A stretch of DNA of 21,296 nucleotides from a virus. Taxonomy: Duplodnaviria; Heunggongvirae; Uroviricota; Caudoviricetes. Shown piece by piece: positions 1 to 9,157 of this stretch (position 1 is the stretch's first letter; each line of letters opens with the position of its first letter). The notes beneath the pieces were generated by a model that worked only from the letters and a program-made list of their open reading frames with translations, had not been told where the DNA came from and did not search any database. The stretch lies in IMG/VR virus record IMGVR_UViG_2695420380_000006; one strand, 5' to 3'. A program made the position numbers and the translations under genes.

Positions 1-319
1 TACGCCGGACCACCGTTCCGCCGACCAGACTCTGTAGATCTTCCGCCATCCCGGTGACCATACCGTACAGGTTAGAAACCATCAGCGTGGGGCGCGTACT
101 GGTGCCTTTGCCATTCAGTTCAAAACCACTCCCCTGAATGGGATACGGCTGATACTGTCGCCCCTGCCAGGTGACCGGCTCACCTTTTTCGTTCTGCTCA
201 TTACAGAAAAAATAACGTTCACCACCGACCTCTGTCAGATCGATTTCCCAGAGCACCACGCTGGCCGACTGCTCCGCACGGGTGCATTCATTCAGTGTTT
301 CCTGCCGGATATCCTGCAT
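1..319 (-). CDS. L: Minor tail protein L (lambda gpL-like), partial; 3' end runs off the left edge of the window
   Basis: Minus-strand translation from the ATG at 319-317 reads MQDIRQETLNECTRAEQSASVVLWEIDLTEVGGERYFFCNEQNEKGEPVTWQGRQYQPYPIQGSGFELNGKG..., matching the lambda gpL N-terminus as I recall it. The start overlaps the M stop (TGATG). Not in the ORF track because the frame has no stop inside the window. Confidence 0.8.
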   Translation of the reverse strand, partial: MQDIRQETLNECTRAEQSASVVLWEIDLTEVGGERYFFCNEQNEKGEPVTWQGRQYQPYPIQGSGFELNGKGTSTRPTLMVSNLYGMVTGMAEDLQSLVGGTVVRR

Positions 320-648
320 CAGTTCACCACCTGTTCAAACTCTGCGCTGAACTCAACACGCAGCATACTGACCCGCGACGACCATTTTGCGCAGGTCACC
401 TTTATCTGCCGCCACTCATAAGGCGGCGTCCACAGAAAGGCTTTCCAGCCCCCGTGCTCTTCCAGAAACGACTCCAGTACCATGGCCTCCTCACGGGGGA
501 CAGAAAGCGTCACGCTGTACGTTTTCAGGTTGGCATTCAGCCCGGCAGGCGCTCGCTGGGAATAGCCATCACCAAAGCGCACCTTTCTTACAGAAGGGGC
601 CGAAGCCACATCCATACCGGGTTTCACTTTCCAGCGGAAGGTTTTCAT
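319..648 (-). CDS. M: Minor tail protein M (lambda gpM-like)
   Basis: 109-aa ORF (MKTFRWKVKPGMDVASAPSVRKVRFGDGYSQ...) of gpM size, sitting between H and L in lambda order; its ATG overlaps the H stop (ATGA). Confidence 0.85.
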   Translation of the reverse strand: MKTFRWKVKPGMDVASAPSVRKVRFGDGYSQRAPAGLNANLKTYSVTLSVPREEAMVLESFLEEHGGWKAFLWTPPYEWRQIKVTCAKWSSRVSMLRVEFSAEFEQVVN

Positions 649-3247
649 CGTCCACCTCCGGAGAACAGGCCACCATCACGCATCTGTGTCTGAATTTCAT
701 CACGGGCACCCTTGCGGGCCATGTCATACACGGCCTTCATCATCTGTGGACCTGGCAGACCATTCGTACCGTCGTTCTGAATCACCACGTGATTGTTCTG
801 ATTAAAATTAATGCCTTCAGCCCGCCGCATCTGCGCCGGACTTCCGGCACCGCCCACATAACCACCTTCCGCATAGCCGCGCATCAGCCGGTAGAGATTC
901 CCCACGCCAATCCGGCTGGTTGCCTCCTTCGTGAAGACAAATTCACCACGGTGAACAATCCCCGCTGGCTCATATTTGCCGCCGGTTCCCGTAAATCCCC
1001 CGGTTGCAAAATGGAATTTCGCCGCAGCGGCCTGAATGGCTGTACCACCTGACGCGGATGCGCCGCCACCAACAGCCCCGNNNNNNNNNNNGCGCTGCCG
1101 ATACTCCCGACTATCCCCACCATCGCCTGCTTCAGAAAAATCTCTGTNNNNNNNNNNNNNNNNATCTCTGTCAGCATGGACAGCACAGAACGGGTGAAAC
1201 CACGCCAGTTCTGTTCGCTGCCGATCAGCATCGCTGCCATATTCTGTGCAATACCGTCAAAGGTCTGCGTGGCCGCGTTTTTAACCTGCGAAAAACTGTC
1301 CGTCGCACTTTCCGCCCACTCGCCCCAGCCGGACTTCATCCCGGCCATCCAGCTTCCACGAAGCTGCTCCTCCGCAGACCAGGTGTTCTTCAGTGCAGAT
1401 GTGGCCTTCGCCAGCGCAGCCGGATTATCACCGTACACCTCACGAAGGCGCTGCTCTTCCGACTCCCGCTGCGCCTGACGGTCGGTGAGTCCGCGGGCTT
1501 TTGCGCTGATTGCCGCCTGCTTCGCGCTCTGCTGCTGTTCAAACCGCGCCGCCTGCTGTGCCAGCTCATTCAGCCGTTTCTGGTGTTCAATCTTGTCGCC
1601 CAGCTCAGCCAGCTGGCGTTTGTACTCCAGCGTTTCTTTCTCATGGGCCAGCAGGGATTTTTCCTGCTCAGATAACTGCCGTTTCGTGGCGGCCTCTTTC
1701 AGGACCACATACTGATTTTCCGCTTTCCATAAATCACGGCGCTGCTGGCTGATTTTTTCATTCGCACCGCTGTGCTTCTCCAGCGTCCTGAGCTCAGTTT
1801 CAAGCGCCAGCAGGGCTGCATGCGCCTGGTCTTCCTGGCGCTCACCGGCAGACACCTTCACACCGGACGGCTTTTTCTGCGTCGACTCATAATCCTTTTT
1901 TGCCGACGCCATCAGCGTGTTGTAATCCGCCTGCAGGATTTTCCCGTCTTTCAGGGCCTTATTCAGCTCTTCCTGCCGGGCGGTATATTTCTCCAGTGGC
2001 GTCAGCAGGCGCTCATACGCCTTCTGCGCCTCTCCGGTATACTTCAGCTGTGACGACTCACGCTCAGCCCTGTCCCTTGCCGCCAGTTCACCGGCTTTTT
2101 CCATATCCGACTGCAGCGTTGCCGCTGCCAGACCCAGACGGGCATTTTCCCGGTCATCCCATGCGCCCTGAAGGTTGGCCCGGAAAGAGGAGGTTTTACC
2201 GCGGCGCTGGCTCCGACTCTGGTACCACTGCCATTTTTTATCCGCCTCATCAAATGCCTTCTGCGCACTGGCGAGCATATCCGCTGAGGATTCCGGACGA
2301 CCGATATCCAGAATGGCATCCCACATCGATTTGAATGCCTTCCCTGTTTTATCCGCCCAGGTCTCCAGTGTTCCCATGTTTTCTTTCAGGCGACGGGTCT
2401 GCTCATCAAAGCCTTTCGTGGCGATATCGTTCGCCGCCTGCAATGCCCCGGCCTCGTCTCCGGAACGCTGCAGCTGTGCAACATACGCAATCTGCTCTGC
2501 CGTCACGTTACGGAACTGGCGCGCCATCGCCATCAGTCCCGACGTCGGGTCAGTGGTCAGCTTCCCGAAGGCTTCAGCGACTTTATCCACCTCCACACCG
2601 GATGCAGACGCAAAACGCGCGACACTCTGGTTGATGGCATCAAACTGTTCACCACCACGCACACCGGCATTCACCAGGGCTGCCAGTGACTCTCTCGCCT
2701 GGTTAAACGTCAGCCCTGCTGCCTGCCCGGCTCTTGAGAGAGTCAGCATACGATCGGCAGTCAGTCCGGACTGATTACCGGAAAGAACCAGGGTTTTATT
2801 AAACGCTGAAAGCGTGGAATCTCCCTGGTACCAGGCGTACACCAGTGCACCTGTCGCCACCGCCAGCGAGGTGACCCCGACCATCGGCAGGGTGATCGCA
2901 TCGGCAAGCCCCCTGAACATGGGGATCATCCCGCCGAAGGAGTCCTTCACCTGACCGCCCTGTTGCAGCAGGATCAGCCAGGGATTCTGACCACCGGCAA
3001 GCTGCGTGGCGATATCCGTAAACTGTGCGGGCAGGGTTCGCATGGCCGCTTTATACTGCCCGACGGAAATCCCGGCTTTTTGTGCAGCCAGCGCCTGGCG
3101 GCTCAGGCCCTGTTCAACAGCACTGGCGGTTTTTCTGGCGTCGGTATCCAGACCTGAAAAATGACGCCTTACCCGGCTCATCTGCTCATCGAAACGGACA
3201 GCATCCAGACTCAGGTCAATAACAAGATCACCAACCGGCTGGGACAT
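645..3247 (-). CDS. H: Tail tape measure protein H (copy 1), interrupted by N runs at 1081-1091 and 1148-1163
   Basis: Track ORF 884-3247 (MSQPVGDLVIDLSLDAVRFDEQM...) is the H body. Track ORF 645-905 (...GNLYRLMRGYAEGGYVG...DEIQTQMRDGGLFSGGGR) is the H C-terminus in another frame, and that frame is open back to 1080 (…GGKYEPAGIVHRGEFVFTKEATSRIGVGNLYRL). The apparent frameshift coincides with the two N runs, so it is very likely artefactual. Confidence 0.8.
925..1080. repeat. 156-bp segment of H copy 1 that is identical to 6876-7031 in H copy 2
   Basis: By base-by-base reading the two segments are identical, whereas adjacent homologous H sequence (1092-1147 vs 7043-7098) shows several mismatches. 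Confidence 0.7.
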
Positions 3248-4099
3248 ATCTCACACCTCCCGGAATCCCCGCTGAAGCCATCATTAATGCGGCATCATCC
3301 ACCATGACATCCGCCACATCCGCAGACGATAAAATATCGCGCCCTCCGTCCCCACCGAACCGGACGCCTCCGGCAAGTCCTGCCGCTTTCTGCATCAGCA
3401 TTTTGTCCTCATCCGGCCTCTCCACCTGCTCTTCCTCATGCCGGGGGACAAGCAGGCTGAAATCAGAGGGATGCATATCCGGATCGCAAAAAAACAGGCT
3501 GAGTACAGCGTACGTCAGCCCGGAAAAATGCATATCCAGCTGGGTATCCTGAAAATAATGCGTGCGGTAAAAACGGCGCCAGTCGGCATATTCGGTGGAT
3601 GTCATCCCGGCAAGCATGGCGCGCCAGTCGGGTCTCCCCATCTCACGCGCCAGTCTGAGGGCAAAGTTCAGCTCGCCGTCGAAGACTTTCCCGCAGAAAA
3701 ATCATCATCAGTCAGCGTGTTATTTTTCGCCACTTCAGTAATATCAGTATCCGGACGAACAGCTTCGATCATCCCGGACAGGCACAACACCACGTCTTCC
3801 GCCCGGGCAATGGCATCGGCAGGCCAGGTGGTGAGCACTTCCTGCTCTATCTTCATCACGGCCTCATTCATTGACGGTGACTGCGTTTTCTGTGGATGGT
3901 TATGCCACAGGGACATCGCCACCAGAAACGCGCCGGTTCTGACGAGATCTTCCACGCTTACCTGCAGGTTGCCGCTGGATTCTGCCTGTTCTGCACGCCG
4001 TTTCAGGAGGGCAAGATGCTCGATACGCTGCAGCGCAGACAATTCGGAAAGCGTGACAGACACACCGTTATATTCAAATTGTTCTGTTTTCAGAAACAT
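3228..4099 (-). CDS. T: Tail assembly chaperone G-T fusion (copy 1), made by -1 programmed ribosomal frameshift at 3686-3692
   Basis: The G frame (3668-4099) ends ...DDDFSAGKSSTAS*. The T frame (track ORF 3228-3641) is open upstream to the slippery heptamer. The minus strand reads GCG-GGA-AAG at plus 3686-3692 (ctttccc), the lambda-type G GGA AAG slip site. Confidence 0.75.
3668..4099 (-). CDS. G: Tail assembly chaperone G (copy 1)
   Basis: 143-aa ORF MFLKTEQFEYNGVSVTLSELSALQRIEHL..., lambda gpG-like, in the conserved position between V and T/H. Confidence 0.85.
   Translation of the reverse strand: MFLKTEQFEYNGVSVTLSELSALQRIEHLALLKRRAEQAESSGNLQVSVEDLVRTGAFLVAMSLWHNHPQKTQSPSMNEAVMKIEQEVLTTWPADAIARAEDVVLCLSGMIEAVRPDTDITEVAKNNTLTDDDFSAGKSSTAS
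3686..3692 (-). promoter_or_regulatory. Slippery heptanucleotide G GGA AAG for the G to G-T -1 frameshift (copy 1)
   Basis: Plus-strand ctttccc is minus-strand GGGAAAG, 6 codons before the G stop; the T frame is open from here. Confidence 0.75.
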
Positions 4100-4112
4100 G
4101 TATTACCTCCGT

Positions 4113-4865
4113 TTACCCTGCAGCGCCCGCTTCAGTAACGGTGACTTCAGCCACTGCGGCGAACTGACCATTTCCGCTCACCACAGGGATCTGCACCTTA
4201 CCTGTCGCCACGCCGTTTACCGTAATTGTCATATCTTTCACACTAATGGTGGCTTTCGACGGATCGGCGGAAACCGCTCTGAACGTCTTGTCGGTTGCAC
4301 TTTCCGGCTCAAAAGAAACCGTCAGGGTGGTTGTTTTCCCTTTTGCCACCGTACCGGATGTCGGCGTCACCTTAATCGCACTGACCGGCGTAATTTTGCT
4401 GCGTTCTTCCGCTACAGAAGGTTTACCCACGTTAGTGACTTTCACCGTGCGGGTGATCACTTCTTTCGCCGTCACGGCCTTACCGATACTGCTGACCCAG
4501 CCACGAAACACATCCACCGTGCCATTCGGAAAACGGATTTTATAGGCCCGGACATCGCCGCTTTCAACCCAGCCTATAAGCCCTTTCTGGCCTTCCTCTC
4601 CCGGTTTCCAGGCCAGCGTAAAACTGGTATCACCTGCAGATTTCTGCCCCTGCCCGGTCGCGCTCCAGTCCGCGTCTTCATCATCCAGGTAGTTATCATC
4701 ATAGGATTCAGCCGTCATCTCGCCCGGCGTCAGATCCTTCACCTTAGCCAGTCGCTGCCAGTCATCGTCTGACAACGGGTTTGCATAAGCATCAGCCTTG
4801 CCGTTGTAAACCCACAGAGTGGTACCGGCACCTTTTACCGGCTCCAGGGGATTTGGTGTTGCCAT
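4113..4865 (-). CDS. V: Major tail tube protein V (copy 1)
   Basis: 250-aa [39 protein letters not shown]..., lambda gpV-like including the C-terminal Ig-like region; sits between U and G. Confidence 0.85.
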   Translation of the reverse strand: MATPNPLEPVKGAGTTLWVYNGKADAYANPLSDDDWQRLAKVKDLTPGEMTAESYDDNYLDDEDADWSATGQGQKSAGDTSFTLAWKPGEEGQKGLIGWVESGDVRAYKIRFPNGTVDVFRGWVSSIGKAVTAKEVITRTVKVTNVGKPSVAEERSKITPVSAIKVTPTSGTVAKGKTTTLTVSFEPESATDKTFRAVSADPSKATISVKDMTITVNGVATGKVQIPVVSGNGQFAAVAEVTVTEAGAAG

Positions 4866-4872
4866 ATCGTCC

Positions 4873-5268
4873 TCACATCTCGTATGTAATGGAATAAGTC
4901 AGATCCGCAGAGCTCCATAACGCCATATCGTCATCACGACGATACTCATAGCCCTGCGTAACCATCGTGGTAATCAGTCCTGCCAGTGCAGGGATCGCAG
5001 TCATCGCCGGATAAATCCGGCTTTCCATCCACTGATCGAGCTCCGAATCAGGTACCTGTGCCGGTAAAAACACCTCAATATGCAGTGTGGCCCGCCAGGT
5101 ATCTGCATCCAGCTCTTCACCGGTATACTCTGCATCCGTCAGATAAACCGCGATCGCAGGAAAATCCTCTTCGTCAAAAACAACGGGGCGACCATCAAAC
5201 AGCGTCGCCCCGTGTTCATGCTGCTCGAGTGCATCCAGCACTGCGGCACGAATGTCAGTGTGTTTCAT
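4873..5268 (-). CDS. U: Tail tube terminator protein U (copy 1)
   Basis: 131-aa [46 protein letters not shown]..., lambda gpU-like; its start overlaps the Z stop. Confidence 0.85.
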   Translation of the reverse strand: MKHTDIRAAVLDALEQHEHGATLFDGRPVVFDEEDFPAIAVYLTDAEYTGEELDADTWRATLHIEVFLPAQVPDSELDQWMESRIYPAMTAIPALAGLITTMVTQGYEYRRDDDMALWSSADLTYSITYEM

Positions 5269-5840
5269 CGTTTTATCGCAATCCTCAGTTGTTGTTTCAG
5301 CGCGTATGCCAGTTCTTTAGGCAGGCGTTCACGCCGGATACGGTCAACATTCTCATCAAATGCCTGTTTCAGTGGGGCCGCCATCGGGATTTTCACCACC
5401 TGAATGGGAAGGCGATTACGCTTTTTCCTTCCCTTGTCGTCATTGCCCTCCTCATATCTGGCCTGGGGAAGACGTTGCATAACATGCCAGCGCCCATTAT
5501 TTAATCGCTGGATAAATGCCCGCTGATAACGATGCTGACCGGCTTTGAGTATGCTGTTCGGACGACGCCCCAGCATTCTGATCCCCAGCTTAATCACAGG
5601 GAGATCACCGCGGTTAACGATAATTCTGGCATTCGGATTTCTGACCGTCGCCCGTTTCAGTCTGGACCGTTCCTTTACCAGTTTCCGTCTCACCCTGGTT
5701 TCCCGGGCAACCTGTGACGAAGACTGATTAATCGCCGTTGTGGCCACGCGGTTAATGGTCATTGCAGAAGCAGCCGGAATGGCGTTTTTACGAACCCGGC
5801 TCAGATTGTCAATCGCCTGATCAAGCCCTTTTATCGCCAT
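5265..5840 (-). CDS. Z: Tail completion protein Z (copy 1)
   Basis: 191-aa ORF MAIKGLDQAIDNLSRVRKNAIPAASAMTINRVA..., lambda gpZ-like. Confidence 0.85.
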   Translation of the reverse strand: MAIKGLDQAIDNLSRVRKNAIPAASAMTINRVATTAINQSSSQVARETRVRRKLVKERSRLKRATVRNPNARIIVNRGDLPVIKLGIRMLGRRPNSILKAGQHRYQRAFIQRLNNGRWHVMQRLPQARYEEGNDDKGRKKRNRLPIQVVKIPMAAPLKQAFDENVDRIRRERLPKELAYALKQQLRIAIKR

Positions 5841-5854
5841 AATTCACCCTGCGT

Positions 5855-5929
5855 TTATCGTCGCCGGTTAACTGCGGGTGGTTGCCCACGGTTGAGCCAG
5901 AGATAACAGCTGCCCCCGTCATCCGGAGA
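5855..5929 (-). pseudogene. FII: FII-like (head-tail joining) gene remnant; only the last ~24 codons remain, 5' part replaced by the IS element
   Basis: Minus-strand translation of 5929-5855 gives ...SPDDGGSCYLWLNRGQPPAVNRRR*, which parallels the C-terminus of the intact FII at 11734-12087 (...SPDDGGSCHLWLGRGVPPAVNRRR*). The reading frame runs directly into the IS terminus at 5930. Confidence 0.7.
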
Positions 5930-6874
5930 TGTCAGCGCCAGTGATATAAGACGGTAATTCGCCATTTGGATTGTCCGCTCCACCCAACATGTTGTTTCCT
6001 TAAGGTTCTCACACCAGAAAGGACATCAACATGCTGAGCAGAGAGGACTTTTACATGATAAAGCAAATGCGCCAGCAGGGCGCGTACATCGTCGATATTG
6101 CGACTCAGATTGGTTGCTCTGAACGGACGGTCAGACGCTACCTCAAATACCCTGAACCGCCAGCCAGAAAGACCCGCCACAAAATGGTTAAGCTGAAACC
6201 GTTTATGGATTACATCGACATGCGCCTGGCAGAGAATGTCTGGAATAGCGAGGTTATCTTCGCGGAGATTAAGGCAATGGGTTATACGGGCGGACGTTCC
6301 ATGCTGCGTTACTACATCCAGCCCAAACGTAAAATGCGTCCGTCAAAAAGAACAGTTCGCTTCGAAACTCAGCCTGGATACCAGCTCCAGCATGACTGGG
6401 GCGAAGTTGAGGTGGAGGTTGCCGGGCAACGGTGCAAAGTTAACTTGGCGGTTAATACGCTGGGGTTCTCCCGCAGCTTCCATGTCTTCGCCGCACCAAA
6501 ACAGGATGCTGAGCATACCTACGAATCACTGGTTCGCGCCTTCCGCTACTTCGGTGGTTGTGTGAAAACGGTGCTGGTTGATAACCAGAAGGCTGCGGTG
6601 CTGAAGAATAACAACGGGAAAGTCGTGTTCAACTCCGGATTCCTGTTGCTGGCTGACCACTATAACTTCCTGCCACGGGCATGCCGTCCACGCAGGGCCA
6701 GAACAAAAGGTAAGGTTGAGCGGATGGTGAAATACCTCAAGGAGAACTTCTTCGTCCGGTACCGCAGGTTCGACAGCTTCACTCATGTCAATCAACAACT
6801 GGAGCAATGGATAGCCGATGTGGCTGACAAACGGGAGCTTCGCCAGTTCAAAGAAACGCCGGAACAGCGCTTCG
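5930..6874 (+). mobile_element. IS21-family (IS100-like) insertion sequence, 5' fragment only (left terminus plus truncated istA); no istB or right terminus
   Basis: Begins TGTCAGCGCCAGTG... immediately after the FII remnant. Encodes the first ~281 codons of an IstA-type transposase and ends at the ambiguous base 6875, where H-homologous sequence starts. IS100-like assignment is from recalled IstA sequence, not a search. Confidence 0.7.
6031..6874 (+). pseudogene. istA: IS21-family transposase IstA, 3'-truncated
   Basis: Track ORF 6031-6885 (MLSREDFYMIKQMRQQGAYIVDIATQIGCSERTVRRYLKY...QFKETPEQRF) has an HTH N-terminus and an IS21/IS100-type IstA body. Full-length IstA is about 340 aa as I recall it, and here the frame is cut at the 6875 junction. 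Confidence 0.75.
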
Positions 6875-6875
6875 N

Positions 6876-7031
6876 TCCTTCGTGAAGACAAATTCACCAC
6901 GGTGAACAATCCCCGCTGGCTCATATTTGCCGCCGGTTCCCGTAAATCCCCCGGTTGCAAAATGGAATTTCGCCGCAGCGGCCTGAATGGCTGTACCACC
7001 TGACGCGGATGCGCCGCCACCAACAGCCCCG
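6876..7031. repeat. 156-bp segment of H copy 2 that is identical to 925-1080; begins right after the ambiguous junction base
   Basis: See 925-1080. Confidence 0.7.
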
Positions 7032-9157
7032 CCAATGGCGCTGCCGATACTCCCGACAATCCCCACCATTGCCTGCTTAAGCAGAATTTCTGTCATCATG
7101 GACAGCACGGAGCGGGTGAAGCTGCGCCAGTTCTGTTCACTGCCGGTCAGCATCGCCGCCATATTCTGTGCAATACCATCAAAGGTCTGCGTGGCTGCAC
7201 TTTTAACCTGTGACATACTGTCCGTGGCGCTCTCTTCCCACTCACTCCAGCCGGACTTCAGGCCTGCCATCCAGCTCCCGCGAAGCTGGTCTTCAGCCGC
7301 CCAGGTCTTTTTCTGCTCTGACATGACGTTATTCAGCGCCAGAGGATTATCGCCATACTGTTCCTTCAGGCGCTGTTCCGTGGCTTCCCGCGCTGCCTGC
7401 CGGTCAGTCAGCCCCCGGTTTTTCGCATCAATGGCTGCCCGTTTTGCCCGTTGCTGCTGTGCGAATTTATCCGCCTGCTGCGCCAGCGCATTCAGGTGCT
7501 CCTGATACGTAACCTTGTCACCAAGTGCAGCCAGCTGGCGTTTGTACTCCAGCGTCTCGTCTTTATGCGCCAGCAGGGATTTCTCCTGTGCGGACAGCTG
7601 GCGACGTTGTGCCGCCTCCTCCAGTACCGCGAACTGACTTTCTGCCTTCCACAAATCCCGGCGCTGCTGGCTGATTTTCTCATTCGCTCCGGCATGCTTC
7701 TCCAGCGTCCGGAGTTCTGCCTGAAGCGTCAGCAGGGCCGCATGAGCACTGTCTTCCTGACGATCGCCCGCATACACCTTCACGCCGGACTGTTTCGGCT
7801 TTTTCAGCGTCGCTTCATAATCCTTTTTCGCCGCCGCCATCAGCGTGTTGTAATCTGCCTGCAGGATTTTTCCGTCTTTCAGTGCCTTGTTCAGTTCTTC
7901 CTGACGGGCGGTATATTTCTCCAGCGGCGTCTGCAGCCGTTCGTAAGCCTTCTGCGCCTCTTCGGTATATTTCAGCCGTGACGCTTCGGTATCGCTCTGC
8001 TGCTGCGCTTTTTTGTCCTGTTGACGCTGTTGATCTACCCTCTTTTGGGCTGCATCCCGCTCCAGGCGTTTTTTTTCACGATCATCCCAGTAACGCGCCC
8101 GTGCTTCATCGTTAACGAAATAATCATCCTTGCGCAGATTCCAGATGTCGTCTGCTTTCTTAAACGCAGCCTCTGCCTTAATCAGCATCTCCTGCGCGGT
8201 ATTAGGACGACCAATATCCAGCACCGCATCCCACATGGATTTGAATGCACGTGCAGTCCTGTCTGCCCAGGTCTCCAGCGTGCCCATGTTCTCTTTCAGG
8301 CGGCGGGTCTGGTCATCAAACCCTTTCGTTGCGGCCTCGTTCGCCGCCTGCAATGCCCCGGCTTCATCGCCGGAACGCTGCAACTGAGCAACATACGCAA
8401 TCTGCTCCGCCGTCACGTTATGGAACTGGCGTGCCATCGCCGTCAGCCCCGACGTCGGGTCTGTGGTCAGCTTCCCGAAGGCTTCAGCGACCTTGTCCAC
8501 CTCCACGCCGGATGCAGAGGAGAAACGCGCCACACTCTGGCTGATGGACGCAATCTGAGCCTCACCGCTTACCCCCGCCTTAACCAGTGCGCTGAGTGAC
8601 TCGCTGGTCTGGTTAAACGTCAGCCCTGCCGCCTGCCCGGCTCTGGACAGGACCAGCATACGATCTGCCGTCAGTCCCGCCTGATTACCGGAAAGGACCA
8701 GCGTTTTGTTGAAATCGGACAGGGTTGAGTTGCCCTGATACCAGGCATACGCCAGCGCACCGGTCGCCACCGCCAGCGAGGTGGCCCCCACCATCGGCAG
8801 GGTGATCGCGCCGGCAAGCCCCCTGAACATGGGGATCATCCCGCCGAAGGAGTCCTTAACCTGACCACCCTGTTGCAGCAGGATCAGCCAGGGATTCTGC
8901 CCCCCTGCAAGCTGCGTGGCCACGTCGGTGAACTGTGCAGGCAGCATACGCATGGCGGCTTTATACTGCCCGACGGAAATCCCCGCTTTCTGTGCAGCCA
9001 GCGCCTGTCGGCTCAGCGACTGTTCAACGACTGCCGCTGTTTTTTTCGCATCACTTTCCGTACCGGAAAAATGACGCCTGACTCTGGCCATCTGCTCGTC
9101 AAATCTGGCCGCATCCAGACTCAAATCAACGACCAGATCGCCTACCGGTTCAGCCAT
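6876..9157 (-). CDS. H: Tail tape measure protein H (copy 2, lambda-like), 3'-truncated at the 6875 junction
   Basis: Track ORF 6848-9157 (MAEPVGDLVVDLSLDAARFDEQMARVRRHFSG...GGKYEPAGIVHRGEFVFTK) follows lambda gpH as I recall it up to the junction. The last ~90 codons present in copy 1 (645-924) are missing. Confidence 0.8.

Noticed and set aside
884-924. C-terminal tail of track ORF 884-3247 (...QRGLFTVVNLSSRRRQPAGLAWGISTG) as a possible alternative H C-terminus
   Set aside because: This frame appears only after the N runs at 1081-1163. The frame carrying the conserved H C-terminus (…GEFVFTKEATSRIGVGNLYRL…GGLFSGGGR) is open through the same interval.
3438-4772. Long plus-strand ORF (444 aa) and other long antisense ORFs opposite the structural genes (for example 1004-1675, 2175-2774, 8021-8599, 14681-15172, 18270-19037)
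   Set aside because: All lie antisense to genes with clear lambda structural-protein similarity in GC-rich DNA. Their translations are low-complexity and Arg/Ser/Pro/Cys-rich with no recognisable family, which is typical of spurious open frames in high-GC antisense DNA.
6526-7059. 177-aa minus-strand ORF spanning the IS/H junction (and the 61-aa plus ORF at 6818-7003)
   Set aside because: It reads across the ambiguous junction base, antisense to istA on one side and out of frame in H on the other. It is a junction artefact, not a gene.
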